A DNA stretch of 64,000 nt from Acidobacteriota bacterium (GTDB lineage: Bacteria > Acidobacteriota > Thermoanaerobaculia > Multivoradales > Multivoraceae), in contig WTGQ01000002.1 in NCBI GenBank assembly GCA_011525365.1, positions 2,993,948 to 3,057,947 of the forward strand. The letters are read 5' to 3'. Shown here piece after piece: positions 54,688 to 64,000 of this stretch. The first letter of the stretch is position 1; each line of letters starts with the position of its first letter. Position numbers and translations under genes: made by a program. The notes under the pieces were generated by a model. It worked only from the letters and a program-made list of their open reading frames with translations. It made no database searches and had not been told where the DNA came from.

Positions 54688-55722
54688 ATGCCGGTGGAAC
54701 TCCGCTCCGACACGATGACGCGGCCGTCGCCGGCCATGCGCAAGGCGATGGCCGCCGCCGAGGTCGGGGATGATGTCTTCCACGAGGACCCGACCGTCAA
54801 CCGCCTCCAGGAGCGAGTCGCGAACATGCTCGGCCGGGAGGCGGCCCTCTTCGTCCCCTCCGGCACGCAGGGCAATCTCTCGTGTCTGCTCGGGCACGAA
54901 CTGCCCCGCGGCAGCGAAGTGCTGCTCGAATCGAACGCTCACATCATCAACAACGAGAACAACGGGATCACGGGCATCGCCGGTCTCCTGCCACGTGCGG
55001 TGACGGCGGAGGCCGACGGCATCCTGGCGCCGGAACAGGTCGAGGCGGCCATCCGGCCCGACGACCCGACGCTGGCTCCGACCCGGCTGCTCTGCCTGGA
55101 GAACAGCTGCAACAAGGCAGGCGGCACGGTCTACGAACCGGAACGCACACGGGCGCTCTGCGACCTGGCGCACCGCCGCGGTCTGCGCGTCCACCTCGAC
55201 GGCGCGCGCCTCTTCAACGCCGCGACCGCGCTCGGCTGCACGCCGGCCGAGGCCGCGGGGCCCGTCGACTCGCTTTCCTTCTGCTTCTCGAAGGGCCTGG
55301 GCGCGCCGGCCGGCTCCATCGTCGTCGGCTCGCGCGACTTCATCCGCAACGTCCGGCGTTACCGCCAGATGTGCGGCGGTCAGATGCGGCAGGTCGGCGT
55401 GCTCGCCGCCGCCGCCGAGGTCGCCCTCGACGAGAGCCCGCCGCTGCTCGTCCAGGACCACGAGAACGCCCGGCTGCTCGCGGAGACTCTCAACGACCTT
55501 CCCGGCGTCGCACTGATCGCCGAGCAGCGCACGAACATCCTCATCTTCTCGGTCGAGGGGACCGGTCGCAGCGCCCCGGAGTGCGTCGAGGCGCTCCGGA
55601 AGGAGAACGTGCTGTGCCTGGACGTGAGCCCGGTCCACATCCGTCTCGTCACCCACCGCGACGTGAGCCCCGAGGAGACGGCGCAGGCCGCCGAAGCTCT
55701 GGTCCGGGTGTTCGGTGGCTGA
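54688..55722 (+). CDS. ltaE: Low-specificity L-threonine aldolase
   Basis: [60 protein letters not shown] and the [12 protein letters not shown]-lysine motif. Confidence 0.9.
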   Translation: MPVELRSDTMTRPSPAMRKAMAAAEVGDDVFHEDPTVNRLQERVANMLGREAALFVPSGTQGNLSCLLGHELPRGSEVLLESNAHIINNENNGITGIAGLLPRAVTAEADGILAPEQVEAAIRPDDPTLAPTRLLCLENSCNKAGGTVYEPERTRALCDLAHRRGLRVHLDGARLFNAATALGCTPAEAAGPVDSLSFCFSKGLGAPAGSIVVGSRDFIRNVRRYRQMCGGQMRQVGVLAAAAEVALDESPPLLVQDHENARLLAETLNDLPGVALIAEQRTNILIFSVEGTGRSAPECVEALRKENVLCLDVSPVHIRLVTHRDVSPEETAQAAEALVRVFGG

Positions 55723-56170
55723 AGAACGCGGCCTGGTTCCGGTCAGGGCCTTCGAGGAGCTGCGGGTCGGCGAGACCTTCCCGCTGCCCAGCCGCACGGT
55801 GACCGAAGCCCACTTCGCCGCGTTCCAGGCGATCTCGGGCGACAACCACCCGATCCACTACGACGTCGAGTACTGCAAGTCGCAAGGCCACGACGGGATG
55901 CTCGCCCACGGCCTCCAGGTGCTCTGCTACACGGCGGCCGGCGCCGGCACGTTCGCCGACGCGGTCGGCCGAGCCATGATCGCGTACACCGACCAGTCAT
56001 GCCGCTTCCTGAAGCCGGTGTACCCGGGCGACACCCTGTACCCGATGCTGCGCATCGCGGAGCTGAAGCGCCAGCGGACGACCGGCGTGATCGTGCTGGC
56101 GAGCGAGATCGACAACCAGCGGGGTGAACGGGTGCTGGAGGGCCGGCAGAGCTACCTGGTGCGGCTCTAG
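55715..56170 (+). CDS. MaoC-like (R)-specific enoyl-CoA hydratase / dehydratase
   Basis: FAAFQAISGDNHPIHYDVEYCKSQGHDGMLAHG hot-dog active-site region. GTG 55715 overlaps the ltaE end by 8 nt. Confidence 0.85.
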   Translation: MAEERGLVPVRAFEELRVGETFPLPSRTVTEAHFAAFQAISGDNHPIHYDVEYCKSQGHDGMLAHGLQVLCYTAAGAGTFADAVGRAMIAYTDQSCRFLKPVYPGDTLYPMLRIAELKRQRTTGVIVLASEIDNQRGERVLEGRQSYLVRL

Positions 56171-56967
56171 GGCAGCGGTTCGAAGTCGAACACCGGCGCC
56201 GCGGATCCGGCCAGGGGCACCGCGCGGACACGAAACACCCGGCGCAGCAGGTCCGGATCGAGGACGTCCGCCGGGGGTCCCTCGGCGACCAGGGCGCCCG
56301 CGTCGAGCACGGCCACCCGGTCGGCAAAACGCGCGGCGGCGTTCAGATCGTGGAGGACCAACACGACGGAGCGGCCTTCACAGGCGAGGTTGCGCGCCAG
56401 CCCCAGGAGGTCGAGACCGTGGGCGAGATCGAGGTTCGAGGTCGGTTCGTCGAGCAGCAGGACCTCCGCCTCGGTGGCCAGACAGCGCGCCATCAGCACG
56501 CGTTGCAACTCGCCTCCCGACAACGTCGTCACCCGCCGTTCGGCGAGCGCCAGTACGTCCGTGTCGTCCAGGCAACGGTCGATCCATCCGCGGTCGGCGG
56601 AGCGCGTGCCGAACAGGCGGCTCTCGTGCGGGTAGCGGCCGAGGGTGACGAACTCCCGCACCGTGAACTCGAAGGTCGGGCGCACGGTTTGCGGCACGTA
56701 CGCCACCCGTCTGGCCGCCTGGCGCCGCGGCAGAGCCGCCAGGTCGAAGCCGCCCAGCAGTGCCTGGCCTTCGGTCAACCGCCACGCACCGCTCAGTAGC
56801 CGCAGCAGGGTCGACTTGCCGGCGCCGTTCGGGCCCACCACCGAAATCAGAGTGGCCGGCTCGATGACCAGGTCGACGCCGCGCAGGAGCCACCGTCCCC
56901 GCCGCTCGACGCCGCCGCCCACGAGTTCGAGCCGGGGCGCGGCGGCCACGGCCGGCGCCGCCGTCAT
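56167..56967 (-). CDS. ABC importer ATP-binding protein (FepC/BtuD/HmuV type)
   Basis: GPNGAGKST, LSGGELQR, LLLDEPTSNLD. ATGA overlap with the permease stop at 56964-56967. Confidence 0.9.
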   Translation of the reverse strand: MTAAPAVAAAPRLELVGGGVERRGRWLLRGVDLVIEPATLISVVGPNGAGKSTLLRLLSGAWRLTEGQALLGGFDLAALPRRQAARRVAYVPQTVRPTFEFTVREFVTLGRYPHESRLFGTRSADRGWIDRCLDDTDVLALAERRVTTLSGGELQRVLMARCLATEAEVLLLDEPTSNLDLAHGLDLLGLARNLACEGRSVVLVLHDLNAAARFADRVAVLDAGALVAEGPPADVLDPDLLRRVFRVRAVPLAGSAAPVFDFEPLP

Positions 56968-58022
56968 CGGGACACCGCCACTTCGCCTTCGTGGCGCACC
57001 AGCAGGAACAGGAAGAACGGAGCGCCGACGAAGGCCGTCACGACGCCCAGGAAGACCTCCTGGGGTGCCGCCACGGTGCGGGCCAGGAAATCGGCACCGA
57101 CGACGAACCAGGCGCCGGTCAGGAAAGCGGCCGGCAGCAGCCGGCGATGGACCGGTCCCAGCAGGAGGCGCACGAGGTGCGGCACGACGAGCCCGACGAA
57201 GCCGACGACGCCGCTCACCGCGACCGCACTGCCGGTGAGGATCGCCGCGCTCCAGAGCACGGCCCGTTTCGCCCGTTCGATGTCGACGCCGAGCGAGGCG
57301 GCCACCTCCTCGCCCTCGAGCAGCAGGTCCAAGTCGCGCGCGAACCAGACCGCTATCGCGCAGCCGATGACCATTCCGGGCAAGATCATCCCGGCGTGGA
57401 CCCAGCCGCGGTCGGTGACACCGCCCATCATCCAGTAGGCGATCCGTCGCGCCGCCTCGTACTGCTCCCACGAGCGGGCGATGAGCCAGGAGTTGACGGC
57501 GGCGAGCAGCGCGTTCAGTGCAACGCCGGCAAGCAACAGCGTTGTCACCGGCGTGTAGCCGTCGCGGGTGGCGATGCGGGTCACGATCAGGAGGGACAGC
57601 AGGGCGCCGCCGACCGCGAACAGGGGCGCGGCAAGCAGGAAGCCGCCGGCCAGTCCGAAGGTCAGCGCGAAGACGGCGCCGGTGGCGGCGCCGGTACTCG
57701 TGCCGACGATCCCTGGCGAGGCCAGCGGGTTGCGGAACAGGCCCTGCATCTGCGCGCCCGCCAGGGCCAGGCAGCCGCCGACCATCGCCGCCACCACCAC
57801 CCTGGGCGCGCGGAGCGACCAGACGATCGCGTCCACTCGCGGGTCGGCGGGGCCGTGCTCGCCGGGAAGCAGATGCCGCGCCAGCACCGCCAGCACGTCG
57901 CGTCCATCCAGCGGCACCGATCCCCGGAAGAGACCGATCCCGGCGAACGCCAACAGCAGCGCCAGGCCGGCGGCCATGTACCACCAGAAGCCGGCCCGGT
58001 AGCCGCCGAACGCGACTCTCAT
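56964..58022 (-). CDS. FecCD/BtuC-family ABC importer permease
   Basis: LRAPRVVVAAMVGGCLALAGAQMQGLFRNPLASPGIVGTSTGAA is the family signature. About 9-10 TM spans. Confidence 0.9.
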   Translation of the reverse strand: MRVAFGGYRAGFWWYMAAGLALLLAFAGIGLFRGSVPLDGRDVLAVLARHLLPGEHGPADPRVDAIVWSLRAPRVVVAAMVGGCLALAGAQMQGLFRNPLASPGIVGTSTGAATGAVFALTFGLAGGFLLAAPLFAVGGALLSLLIVTRIATRDGYTPVTTLLLAGVALNALLAAVNSWLIARSWEQYEAARRIAYWMMGGVTDRGWVHAGMILPGMVIGCAIAVWFARDLDLLLEGEEVAASLGVDIERAKRAVLWSAAILTGSAVAVSGVVGFVGLVVPHLVRLLLGPVHRRLLPAAFLTGAWFVVGADFLARTVAAPQEVFLGVVTAFVGAPFFLFLLVRHEGEVAVSR

Positions 58023-59080
58023 TCCGTTGCGGTCACCGGGTTCTGGCGGCCCGCGGCTTCGATCCGTTCGGAGGCGCGCACGAGCGCGTCGGCGAGCCGT
58101 TCGACCATGTCCGCGACGTGGTGCGAGATGGCCGCCATGTCCCGCCCATCGAGCGATTCCAGGTTGCCGAGCCTGGCTGCCCGCGTGCCGTCCAGGGCTT
58201 CCGGCACGACGTCGCCAGCCGTGTAGGAGTCAGTGAAGATGACATCCGGGTCCCAGATGACGACCTGCTCGGCGCTGATCCGCGGCCAGCCTTCAAGACC
58301 GTTCTCCGCCGCCAGATTCACGGCCCCGAGGTAGCGGAGCGCATCGTCGAACACGGTCCGGCCGCCCAACACCACACCACCGCTCCAGTGGACGACGCGC
58401 AGGCCCTCGGCCCGCGAACCGGCCCGCGCCCGCGCCTCCTCCAGACGCAGCCGCATCGTCTCGGCGAGTCGCTCCGCCTCGCGGTCCCGCCCGATCGCGA
58501 AACCGACCGTCCGGATGTTCCTCTCGATCGCGGCAAGATCCTCGTGGTCGACCAGGACGACGACCGGCACACCGGCCGCCTCCAACTGGGCGAGCGTTTC
58601 CTGGGTGTTGAAGCCCGCCGCGAACACAAGGTCCGGCGAAGCCGCCAGGATCTCCTCGGTGCTGAAGCCGCCGACGCGCCCCAGGCTCCGTGCCTCATCG
58701 GCGCTGGGGCTGAACTGCGGGTCGCCGGCGAAGGGCGACAGCAGCACGATCCGTTCCGGTTCGGCGATCTCCAGCAGGATCTCGTCGGTCGCCAGCGTTC
58801 GCGAGGCGATGCGCTCAGGCGGCGCCGCCAACCGGACCACCCTGCCGGCGCCCCTGATCTCGCGCCAGGCGCCGTCCGCACCGGGTTCGACGAGTTCGAG
58901 CCTGGCGCCTTCCACGCTCCGGAGGTAGCGCCCATGGTCACCCTCCAGGTCGAGAGGCATGCCGCCGGCCGCCTCGACGCCGTCATCGGGAGCGCGGCCG
59001 CAGGCGAAGACCGCGATCGTCACCACGATCGCCAGGCCGAGCGCCGTCCGGGCACCGATCGTTGGGGTCGGCCCGAGCAT
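58019..59080 (-). CDS. ABC importer periplasmic substrate-binding lipoprotein (cluster A/type 8, BtuF/FhuD-like)
   Basis: Lipobox AVFACG. ATDEILLEIAEPERIV...PDLVFAAGF...PVVVL pattern. ATGA overlap with the permease start. Confidence 0.85.
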   Translation of the reverse strand: MLGPTPTIGARTALGLAIVVTIAVFACGRAPDDGVEAAGGMPLDLEGDHGRYLRSVEGARLELVEPGADGAWREIRGAGRVVRLAAPPERIASRTLATDEILLEIAEPERIVLLSPFAGDPQFSPSADEARSLGRVGGFSTEEILAASPDLVFAAGFNTQETLAQLEAAGVPVVVLVDHEDLAAIERNIRTVGFAIGRDREAERLAETMRLRLEEARARAGSRAEGLRVVHWSGGVVLGGRTVFDDALRYLGAVNLAAENGLEGWPRISAEQVVIWDPDVIFTDSYTAGDVVPEALDGTRAARLGNLESLDGRDMAAISHHVADMVERLADALVRASERIEAAGRQNPVTATE

Positions 59081-59139
59081 CGGGATCGAAGCTATACTGC
59101 CGCCCCCTCAGGACAAAGAAAGCCAGGGAGCAAACTTCG

Positions 59140-59625
59140 ATGAGCATCAAGACCGGGGACGCGATCCCGGAAGCCAGTTTCAAGCAGATGACCCCGGACG
59201 GCATCGTCGACATTTCGACTCGGGAGCTGTTCGAAGGCAAGAAGGTCGTCCTCTTCGCCGTGCCGGGCGCGATGACCCCGACCTGCTCGGAGGTCCACAT
59301 TCCGGGTTTCATCGAGAACCTCGAGGCGATCAGGTCGGGCAACGTCGACACCGTGGCTTGCCTCGCCGTCAACGACGTCTTCGTCATCAACGAGTGGCGC
59401 AAGGCGCGGAGCATCCCAGACGACATCGTCCTGCTGTCCGACGGCAACGGCGAGTTCACGTCGAAGGTCGGGCTCGAACTCGACGCTTCGCGTTTCGGCA
59501 TGGGCACCCGTTCGCGACGCTACGCCGCGATCGTCGACGACGGCGTGTTGACCTACCTCGGCGTCGAGCCGGCGGGCGAAGTCGGCGTCAGTGGCGCCGA
59601 CGCAGTCCTCGAACAGCTCGGCTGA
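59140..59625 (+). CDS. Peroxiredoxin, Prx5 subfamily
   Basis: [18 protein letters not shown] peroxidatic-Cys motif. ATG 59140 is preceded by AGGGAG. 161 aa. Confidence 0.9.
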   Translation: MSIKTGDAIPEASFKQMTPDGIVDISTRELFEGKKVVLFAVPGAMTPTCSEVHIPGFIENLEAIRSGNVDTVACLAVNDVFVINEWRKARSIPDDIVLLSDGNGEFTSKVGLELDASRFGMGTRSRRYAAIVDDGVLTYLGVEPAGEVGVSGADAVLEQLG

Positions 59626-59656
59626 ATCACCTGGCAGTCCTCAGCCTGGGGGTCTA

Positions 59657-60616
59657 TTGACCAACCACAGGGTCGACAGCCTCACCGATTCGATCTACGT
59701 CCCTTTCGACGAGGAGGCGTGGGGACGGCTGCGGGCCGAGACGCCCCTGCCGCTCTCCGAGAAGGAACTGGAGCGGCTGCGCGGTATCAACGAGCAGGTC
59801 TCGCTCGAAGAGGTCGCCCAGATCTACCTGCCGATGTCGAGGCTGCTCAACCTCTACGTCGGCGCCACCCAGGATCTCTATCGGGCAAGCAGCACGTTCC
59901 TGGGAGGTCTGACGGCCAAGGTGCCCTACATCATCGGGATCGGCGGCAGCGTCGCGGTAGGCAAGAGCACGACCGGGCGCATCCTCCGCGAGCTGCTCGC
60001 CCGCTGGCCGAACCATCCCCAAGTCGACCTGGTGACGACCGACGGCTTCCTCCACCCCAACGCGGTGCTGGAAGAGCGGGACCTGATGGAGCGCAAGGGC
60101 TTCCCGGAGAGTTTCGACCTGCGCACGCTGGTGAACTTCGTGCTCCAGGTCAAGTCGGGGGAGCGGAAGGTCGCGCATCCGGTGTACTCGCACCATTCGT
60201 ACGACATCGTGCCCGGCGCCACCGAGGTCGTCGACCAGCCCGACATCCTGATCCTCGAGGGCCTGAACGTCCTGCAGGCGCGCTCGCAGTCCCCGTCGCG
60301 GAACAGCCGGCTCATGCTCTCCGATCTCTTCGACTTCTCGATCTACGTCGACGCCGAGACGGAGGTCATCGAGCGCTGGTACGTCGAGCGGTTCCTGACC
60401 TTCCGCGACACCGCGTTCCGGGATCCGGACGCCTACTTCCACCGCTATGCCAGCCTGAGCGAGAAGGACGCGATCGACACCGCCCGCGGCATCTGGAAGA
60501 CGATCAACGAACCGAACCTGGTCCAGAACATCATGCCGACCCGCGAACGCGCGGACCTGATCCTCGAGAAGGCGCCCGACCACGCCGTGCGGCGGATCCG
60601 GCTGCGCAAGCTCTAA
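59657..60616 (+). CDS. coaA: Type I pantothenate kinase
   Basis: P-loop [25 protein letters not shown]...[35 protein letters not shown] parallels the E. coli CoaA N-terminus. TTG 59657 is preceded by GGGGG. 319 aa. Confidence 0.9.
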   Translation: MTNHRVDSLTDSIYVPFDEEAWGRLRAETPLPLSEKELERLRGINEQVSLEEVAQIYLPMSRLLNLYVGATQDLYRASSTFLGGLTAKVPYIIGIGGSVAVGKSTTGRILRELLARWPNHPQVDLVTTDGFLHPNAVLEERDLMERKGFPESFDLRTLVNFVLQVKSGERKVAHPVYSHHSYDIVPGATEVVDQPDILILEGLNVLQARSQSPSRNSRLMLSDLFDFSIYVDAETEVIERWYVERFLTFRDTAFRDPDAYFHRYASLSEKDAIDTARGIWKTINEPNLVQNIMPTRERADLILEKAPDHAVRRIRLRKL

Positions 60617-60623
60617 GGCTGCG

Positions 60624-62204
60624 TTACCGCCACGGCAGCCAGCTCGGCTCCCGCAGTGCCCCGGTCTCGTCGAGGAGTTCGTCGAGCCGCCCCGACAGCC
60701 GGTCGAAGAGCGCCTTGAGCTCCAGCACCTCGCGCGCCCAGTCGTCGCGGGGATTCCGGGAGGCGGTCGCGGCTGCCACCCGGAGCCGGGTTTCGACGTT
60801 GCCGGCGCCGTGCCGGGTGATGAAGCCGCCCAGGAGATTGCGCCGCTCTTCCGGGTCGGCCTGCACGTCGTAGAGCTCGTAGCGGTCCCAGACCCCGTGG
60901 AAGCGCATGAACTTGTAGCGGTCGGTCCGCACGCCCAGCACCGTCGGCGTCTGGGGAAAGGCCCGCTCCCAGAAGTACTCGTAGAGGAACGCGTCCCGCC
61001 ACGGCGGCGGCTCGTCGCCCGGACCGGTCTCGAGCAGGCCGAAGAAGGACCGGCCCTGGACCGTGTCCGGGACCTCCACTCCCGCGGCCTCGAGGAAGGT
61101 GGGCGCGAAGTCGAGGTTGACGATCATCTCGGAGCGCCTGAGGCCCCCGGCGCCGCCGTCGAGCCACGGCGCCATCACCATCAGCGGCACCCGGATCGAC
61201 GCCTCGTACATCGTCCGCTTGTCGATCAGACCGTGCTCGCCAAACTGGAAGCCGTTGTCCGACGTGAACACGAGCAGCGTCTCTTCCAGCAGGTTCCGCT
61301 CTTCCAACGCTCCGACGATCCGGCCCACGCTGTCGTCGACGCCGCGCATCGTCTCCGCGTAGTCGAGCGCGAACTGCTGGAAGTCGACCGAGTTGTCGTA
61401 CAAGCCGTCGACGCCGTGCCAGCTCCGTCGCTGCGCCTCGACCCAGTTCGGCTTGCCCTCGTAGTTGTCGTGCCGGTTCGGCATCGTCGCCGGCGGCGGA
61501 TAGCGCTGGCCGGCGTAGCTGCCGAGGTGGCGTTCCGCCGGCCGGAACGGCGCATGGACGGCCTTGTGCGACACGTAGAGCAGGAAGGGTTCTTCGGATC
61601 CCGCGCGGGCCGCCAGGAAGTCCAGCGCATAGTCGGTGATCAGGTCCGTCGTGTACCCCTGCCGCGACACCTTCTCGCCGTCGATGTTGAAGGTCTGGTT
61701 GTAGTAGAGGCCCTGGCCCGGAAACGAGACCCAGCGGTCGAATCCCGGCCGCGGCTCGTCCGACGTGCCGCCCATGTGCCACTTGCCGACGAATGCGGTC
61801 CGGTAGCCGGCGCGCTGGAGTTCCTGCGGAAACGTCGGCGTCGCCGGATCCAACCGGGTGCGGTTGTCGAGCACGCCGTGCCGGTGGGCGTACTGCCCGG
61901 TGAGGATCGAGGCGCGGCTCGGCGAACACAACGACGTGGTCACGAAGGCGTTCTCGAACAGCACGCCGCGCTCGATCAGGCGGTCGAGGTGAGGCGTCTC
62001 GAGAAAGGCGTGGCCAAGCGCGGACGCGGCGTCGTAGCGCTGGTCGTCGATCAGGATGAAGACGATGTTCGGCCGCTCTGCGGCCAGCCCGGGAGCCGTC
62101 GCGGGCAGGGCCGCTCCGCACACCGCGAGCACGACCGCTCCGAGGCCCGGAAAGTGCGCAGGTCCACATCTTCGTCGGTTCGTCGTCATCCTGATCCCCT
62201 TCAT
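60624..62204 (-). CDS. Formylglycine-dependent sulfatase (arylsulfatase family)
   Basis: NIVFILIDDQRYD and CSPSRASILTG (C-x-P-x-R). N-terminal RRR-containing signal region. ATG 62204 (GAGGGGA upstream) or ATG 62189. Confidence 0.9.
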   Translation of the reverse strand: MKGIRMTTNRRRCGPAHFPGLGAVVLAVCGAALPATAPGLAAERPNIVFILIDDQRYDAASALGHAFLETPHLDRLIERGVLFENAFVTTSLCSPSRASILTGQYAHRHGVLDNRTRLDPATPTFPQELQRAGYRTAFVGKWHMGGTSDEPRPGFDRWVSFPGQGLYYNQTFNIDGEKVSRQGYTTDLITDYALDFLAARAGSEEPFLLYVSHKAVHAPFRPAERHLGSYAGQRYPPPATMPNRHDNYEGKPNWVEAQRRSWHGVDGLYDNSVDFQQFALDYAETMRGVDDSVGRIVGALEERNLLEETLLVFTSDNGFQFGEHGLIDKRTMYEASIRVPLMVMAPWLDGGAGGLRRSEMIVNLDFAPTFLEAAGVEVPDTVQGRSFFGLLETGPGDEPPPWRDAFLYEYFWERAFPQTPTVLGVRTDRYKFMRFHGVWDRYELYDVQADPEERRNLLGGFITRHGAGNVETRLRVAAATASRNPRDDWAREVLELKALFDRLSGRLDELLDETGALREPSWLPWR

Positions 62205-62215
62205 TTCGGTTCCCC

Positions 62216-63130
62216 TCACCGGCCTGGCCCCAGACCGACCTCGGCCAGTTCCTCCGGATCGTAGTTCCAGCGTCGGTAGTTCCACATCCACTGCTCCGGC
62301 TGCGCCCGCACCCTTCGTTCGATCGCCGAAGCGATCCGCTGCGACAACTCGACCGGATCCCGCGACCCGCCGGGCCGGCGCAGCATCTCGCTCTCCAGGC
62401 GATAGCTGAACGGCCCTTCACGGATGCAGAAGGCGGCGATCAGCGGGCAGTCGCGCCTGGCCGCCAGCGCGGCGGGACCGCCCACGAACTCCGTGCGGCG
62501 GCCCATGAAGTCGACCTCCGGCCCGCGCCGCTGGTCCGGCCTCTGGTCGACGACCATGATCAGGGTCTCCCGCCGCTTGAGACAGCTCAGCATGTCCCGC
62601 AGGAGGGAGGTCCGACCGCTCCAGATTACCCGGACACCGGCCCGGCCGCGCATCCGCTCCACGAACGCGGACGCCGCCCTGGCGCGGGATGGCTTGGCCA
62701 CCGCGCAGACCGCCGACGAGGAGGCGCGGACGGTGCTCTGGGCCAGCAGTTCCCAGGCGCCCAGGTGGCCGGTGACCAGCACCTGACCGCGGCCGTGTCC
62801 CTCGACCTCGGCCATCAGTTGCCGCAACTCGTCGAAGCCTTCCATCGCCGTGACGTCGAGCCGTTTCCGGTCGAAACTGATACGCACCGTCTCGAGCGCC
62901 GCGACGATCTGGTGCCGCACGCAGCGCCATTCCAGATCGCGCGCTTCCCGCGACCCCGGAGGAAGCCCCAGCACGACCGCCAGGTTCCGCCGCATCAACC
63001 GGACGTCGCGAGGCGTCACCCCCCGCAGGCGCGCGAGAAGTCCGGAGGCGGGGCCGAACAACGCCGCCGGCAGCAATCGGATCAGCCAGGAGACGGCATG
63101 GAGAAAGGCCCCGGTGGTGCGGTCGGTCAT
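62216..63130 (-). CDS. Lysophospholipid / lipid A biosynthesis acyltransferase (LpxL/HtrB family)
   Basis: TGHLGAWE (H-x4-E/D) and C-terminal PEQWMWNYRRW. ATG at 63130. 304 aa. Confidence 0.8.
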   Translation of the reverse strand: MTDRTTGAFLHAVSWLIRLLPAALFGPASGLLARLRGVTPRDVRLMRRNLAVVLGLPPGSREARDLEWRCVRHQIVAALETVRISFDRKRLDVTAMEGFDELRQLMAEVEGHGRGQVLVTGHLGAWELLAQSTVRASSSAVCAVAKPSRARAASAFVERMRGRAGVRVIWSGRTSLLRDMLSCLKRRETLIMVVDQRPDQRRGPEVDFMGRRTEFVGGPAALAARRDCPLIAAFCIREGPFSYRLESEMLRRPGGSRDPVELSQRIASAIERRVRAQPEQWMWNYRRWNYDPEELAEVGLGPGR

Positions 63131-63174
63131 GTTGGGGCAAGAGTGTAGATGGGGAGGGTGTACTATGCCGGCTC

Positions 63175-63456
63175 TTGAGCGAACAACCTGGTTCTTCTTC
63201 CTCGCCGCCTCCGGCGGACCCTTCGGCCTACTGGCGGGCAAACCTGCGGTTGATGGCGATCCTGCTCTCCATCTGGTTCGTCTGCTCCTACGTCCTCGGC
63301 ATCTTCCTGGTCGAACCGCTGAACGGCGCCCGACTCGGCGGTTTTCCGCTCGGGTTCTGGTTCGCTCACCAGGGGTCGATCTACGTCTTCATCGTCCTGA
63401 TCCTCGTCTACGCGGCGACGATGGACCGGCTCGACCGCCGCTACGGCGTCGACTGA
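63175..63456 (+). CDS. DUF4212 small membrane protein (putative solute:sodium symporter small subunit)
   Basis: YWRANLRLMAILLSIWFVCSYVLGIF...GFPLGFWFAHQGSIYVFIVLILVY. TTG start. Lies directly upstream of an SSS-family gene, as is usual for this family. Confidence 0.8.
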   Translation: MSEQPGSSSSPPPADPSAYWRANLRLMAILLSIWFVCSYVLGIFLVEPLNGARLGGFPLGFWFAHQGSIYVFIVLILVYAATMDRLDRRYGVD

Positions 63457-63500
63457 GCCGGTCGCAGACGCCCCGACTCTGACGCCCGCCGACCCTCGCG

Positions 63501-64000
63501 ATGAACGTTCAGGCCTGGACCTACCTGATCGTCACCGCGACCTTCGCGCTCTACATCGGCATCGCCTGGTGGAGCCGCGTCAGGACGACATCGGGCTTCT
63601 ATGTCGCCGGTCGCGGCGTGCCGGCCGTGGCCAACGGCATGGCAACGGGCGCCGACTGGATGAGCGCCGCCTCCTTCATCTCGATGGCGGGCCTCATCTC
63701 CTTCATGGGCTACACCGGCACCATCTACCTGATGGGCTGGACCGGCGGCTACGTCCTGCTGGCGCTCCTGCTCGCCCCGTACCTCCGCAAGTACGGCAAG
63801 TTCACGACCTCCGAGTTCGTCGGCGACCGCTACTACTCGGACGCCGCCCGGCTGGTGGCGGCCGGCTGCACGATCTTCGTCTCCTTCACCTACATCGCCG
63901 GCCAGATGCGCGGCGTCGGCGTGGTCTTCTCGCGCTTCCTGGAGGTCGAGATCCACTGGGGCGTGATCATCGGCGTCGTCATCGTCTTCTTCTACGCCGT
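63501..64000 (+). CDS. Sodium:solute symporter (SSS family, ActP/VC_2705-like), 5' part; continues past the window
   Basis: My manual translation from ATG 63501 gives MNVQAWTYLIVTATFALYIGIAWWSRVRTTSGFYVAGRGVPAVANGMATGADWMSAASFISMAGLISFMGYTG... There is no stop before nt 64000. It is absent from the ORF track because it is truncated. Confidence 0.85.
   Translation, partial: MNVQAWTYLIVTATFALYIGIAWWSRVRTTSGFYVAGRGVPAVANGMATGADWMSAASFISMAGLISFMGYTGTIYLMGWTGGYVLLALLLAPYLRKYGKFTTSEFVGDRYYSDAARLVAAGCTIFVSFTYIAGQMRGVGVVFSRFLEVEIHWGVIIGVVIVFFYA

Noticed and set aside
59081-59139. Cobalamin or other riboswitch upstream of the BtuF/FecCD-type importer operon
   Set aside because: Only 59 nt separate the operon start from the divergent peroxiredoxin gene. 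That is far too short for a cobalamin riboswitch, and no B12-box-like sequence is present.

Overview
Very GC-rich bacterial chromosomal segment; I did not compute the exact GC value. Diderm hallmarks are present: MltA, an LpxL-type acyltransferase, a BamB-like propeller, a DUF481 outer-membrane protein and lipobox lipoproteins. About 58 protein-coding genes are packed on both strands, many joined by 1- or 4-nt start/stop overlaps (ATGA, GTGA, TTGA, TGATG). Content is mostly housekeeping and metabolism. It includes rpsD, an alkA-ogt alkylation-repair pair, and sqdB (UDP-sulfoquinovose synthase) divergent from a glycosyltransferase/deacetylase-like/GNAT-like operon. It also includes metX, mltA, gloA, several SDR, MBL-fold and aminotransferase genes, and a MacB/FtsX-type ABC exporter with an MFS gene. 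Lipid-related genes are an acyl-CoA dehydrogenase, carboxylesterase, hotdog thioesterase, MaoC dehydratase and a single-chain biotin-dependent acyl-CoA carboxylase. The rest comprises a MATE pump, ppx/gppA, ltaE, a FecCD/BtuCDF-type ABC importer, a Prx5 peroxiredoxin, coaA, two sulfatase-superfamily genes and a DUF4212 plus sodium:solute symporter pair that runs off the 3' end. I saw no rRNA, tRNA, CRISPR array, transposase, integrase or recognisable defence operon, and I cannot support a multi-gene novel system here. The unusual signals are small-scale. (1) Two exactly 59-nt echoes abut a gene start (20810-20868) and a gene stop (33722-33780) and re-encode the terminal 10-11 residues with almost only synonymous changes. 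(2) A three-segment, mutually exclusive helix sits in the mltA-metX spacer and is a candidate riboregulator. (3) Two genes have functionally required N-termini that lie upstream of any ATG/GTG/TTG: sqdB (ATC start or 1-nt indel) and a haem-c protein (CTG in a CTGA overlap). (4) An intact higA sits next to an N-terminally truncated higB, inside a 2.6-kb segment bracketed by a perfect 28-nt inverted repeat. (5) Two GC-hairpin repeat families occur in convergent intergenic regions. (6) Some domain architectures are unusual. Many long ORFs in the supplied track are antisense or out-of-frame shadows typical of GC-rich DNA and were not called.
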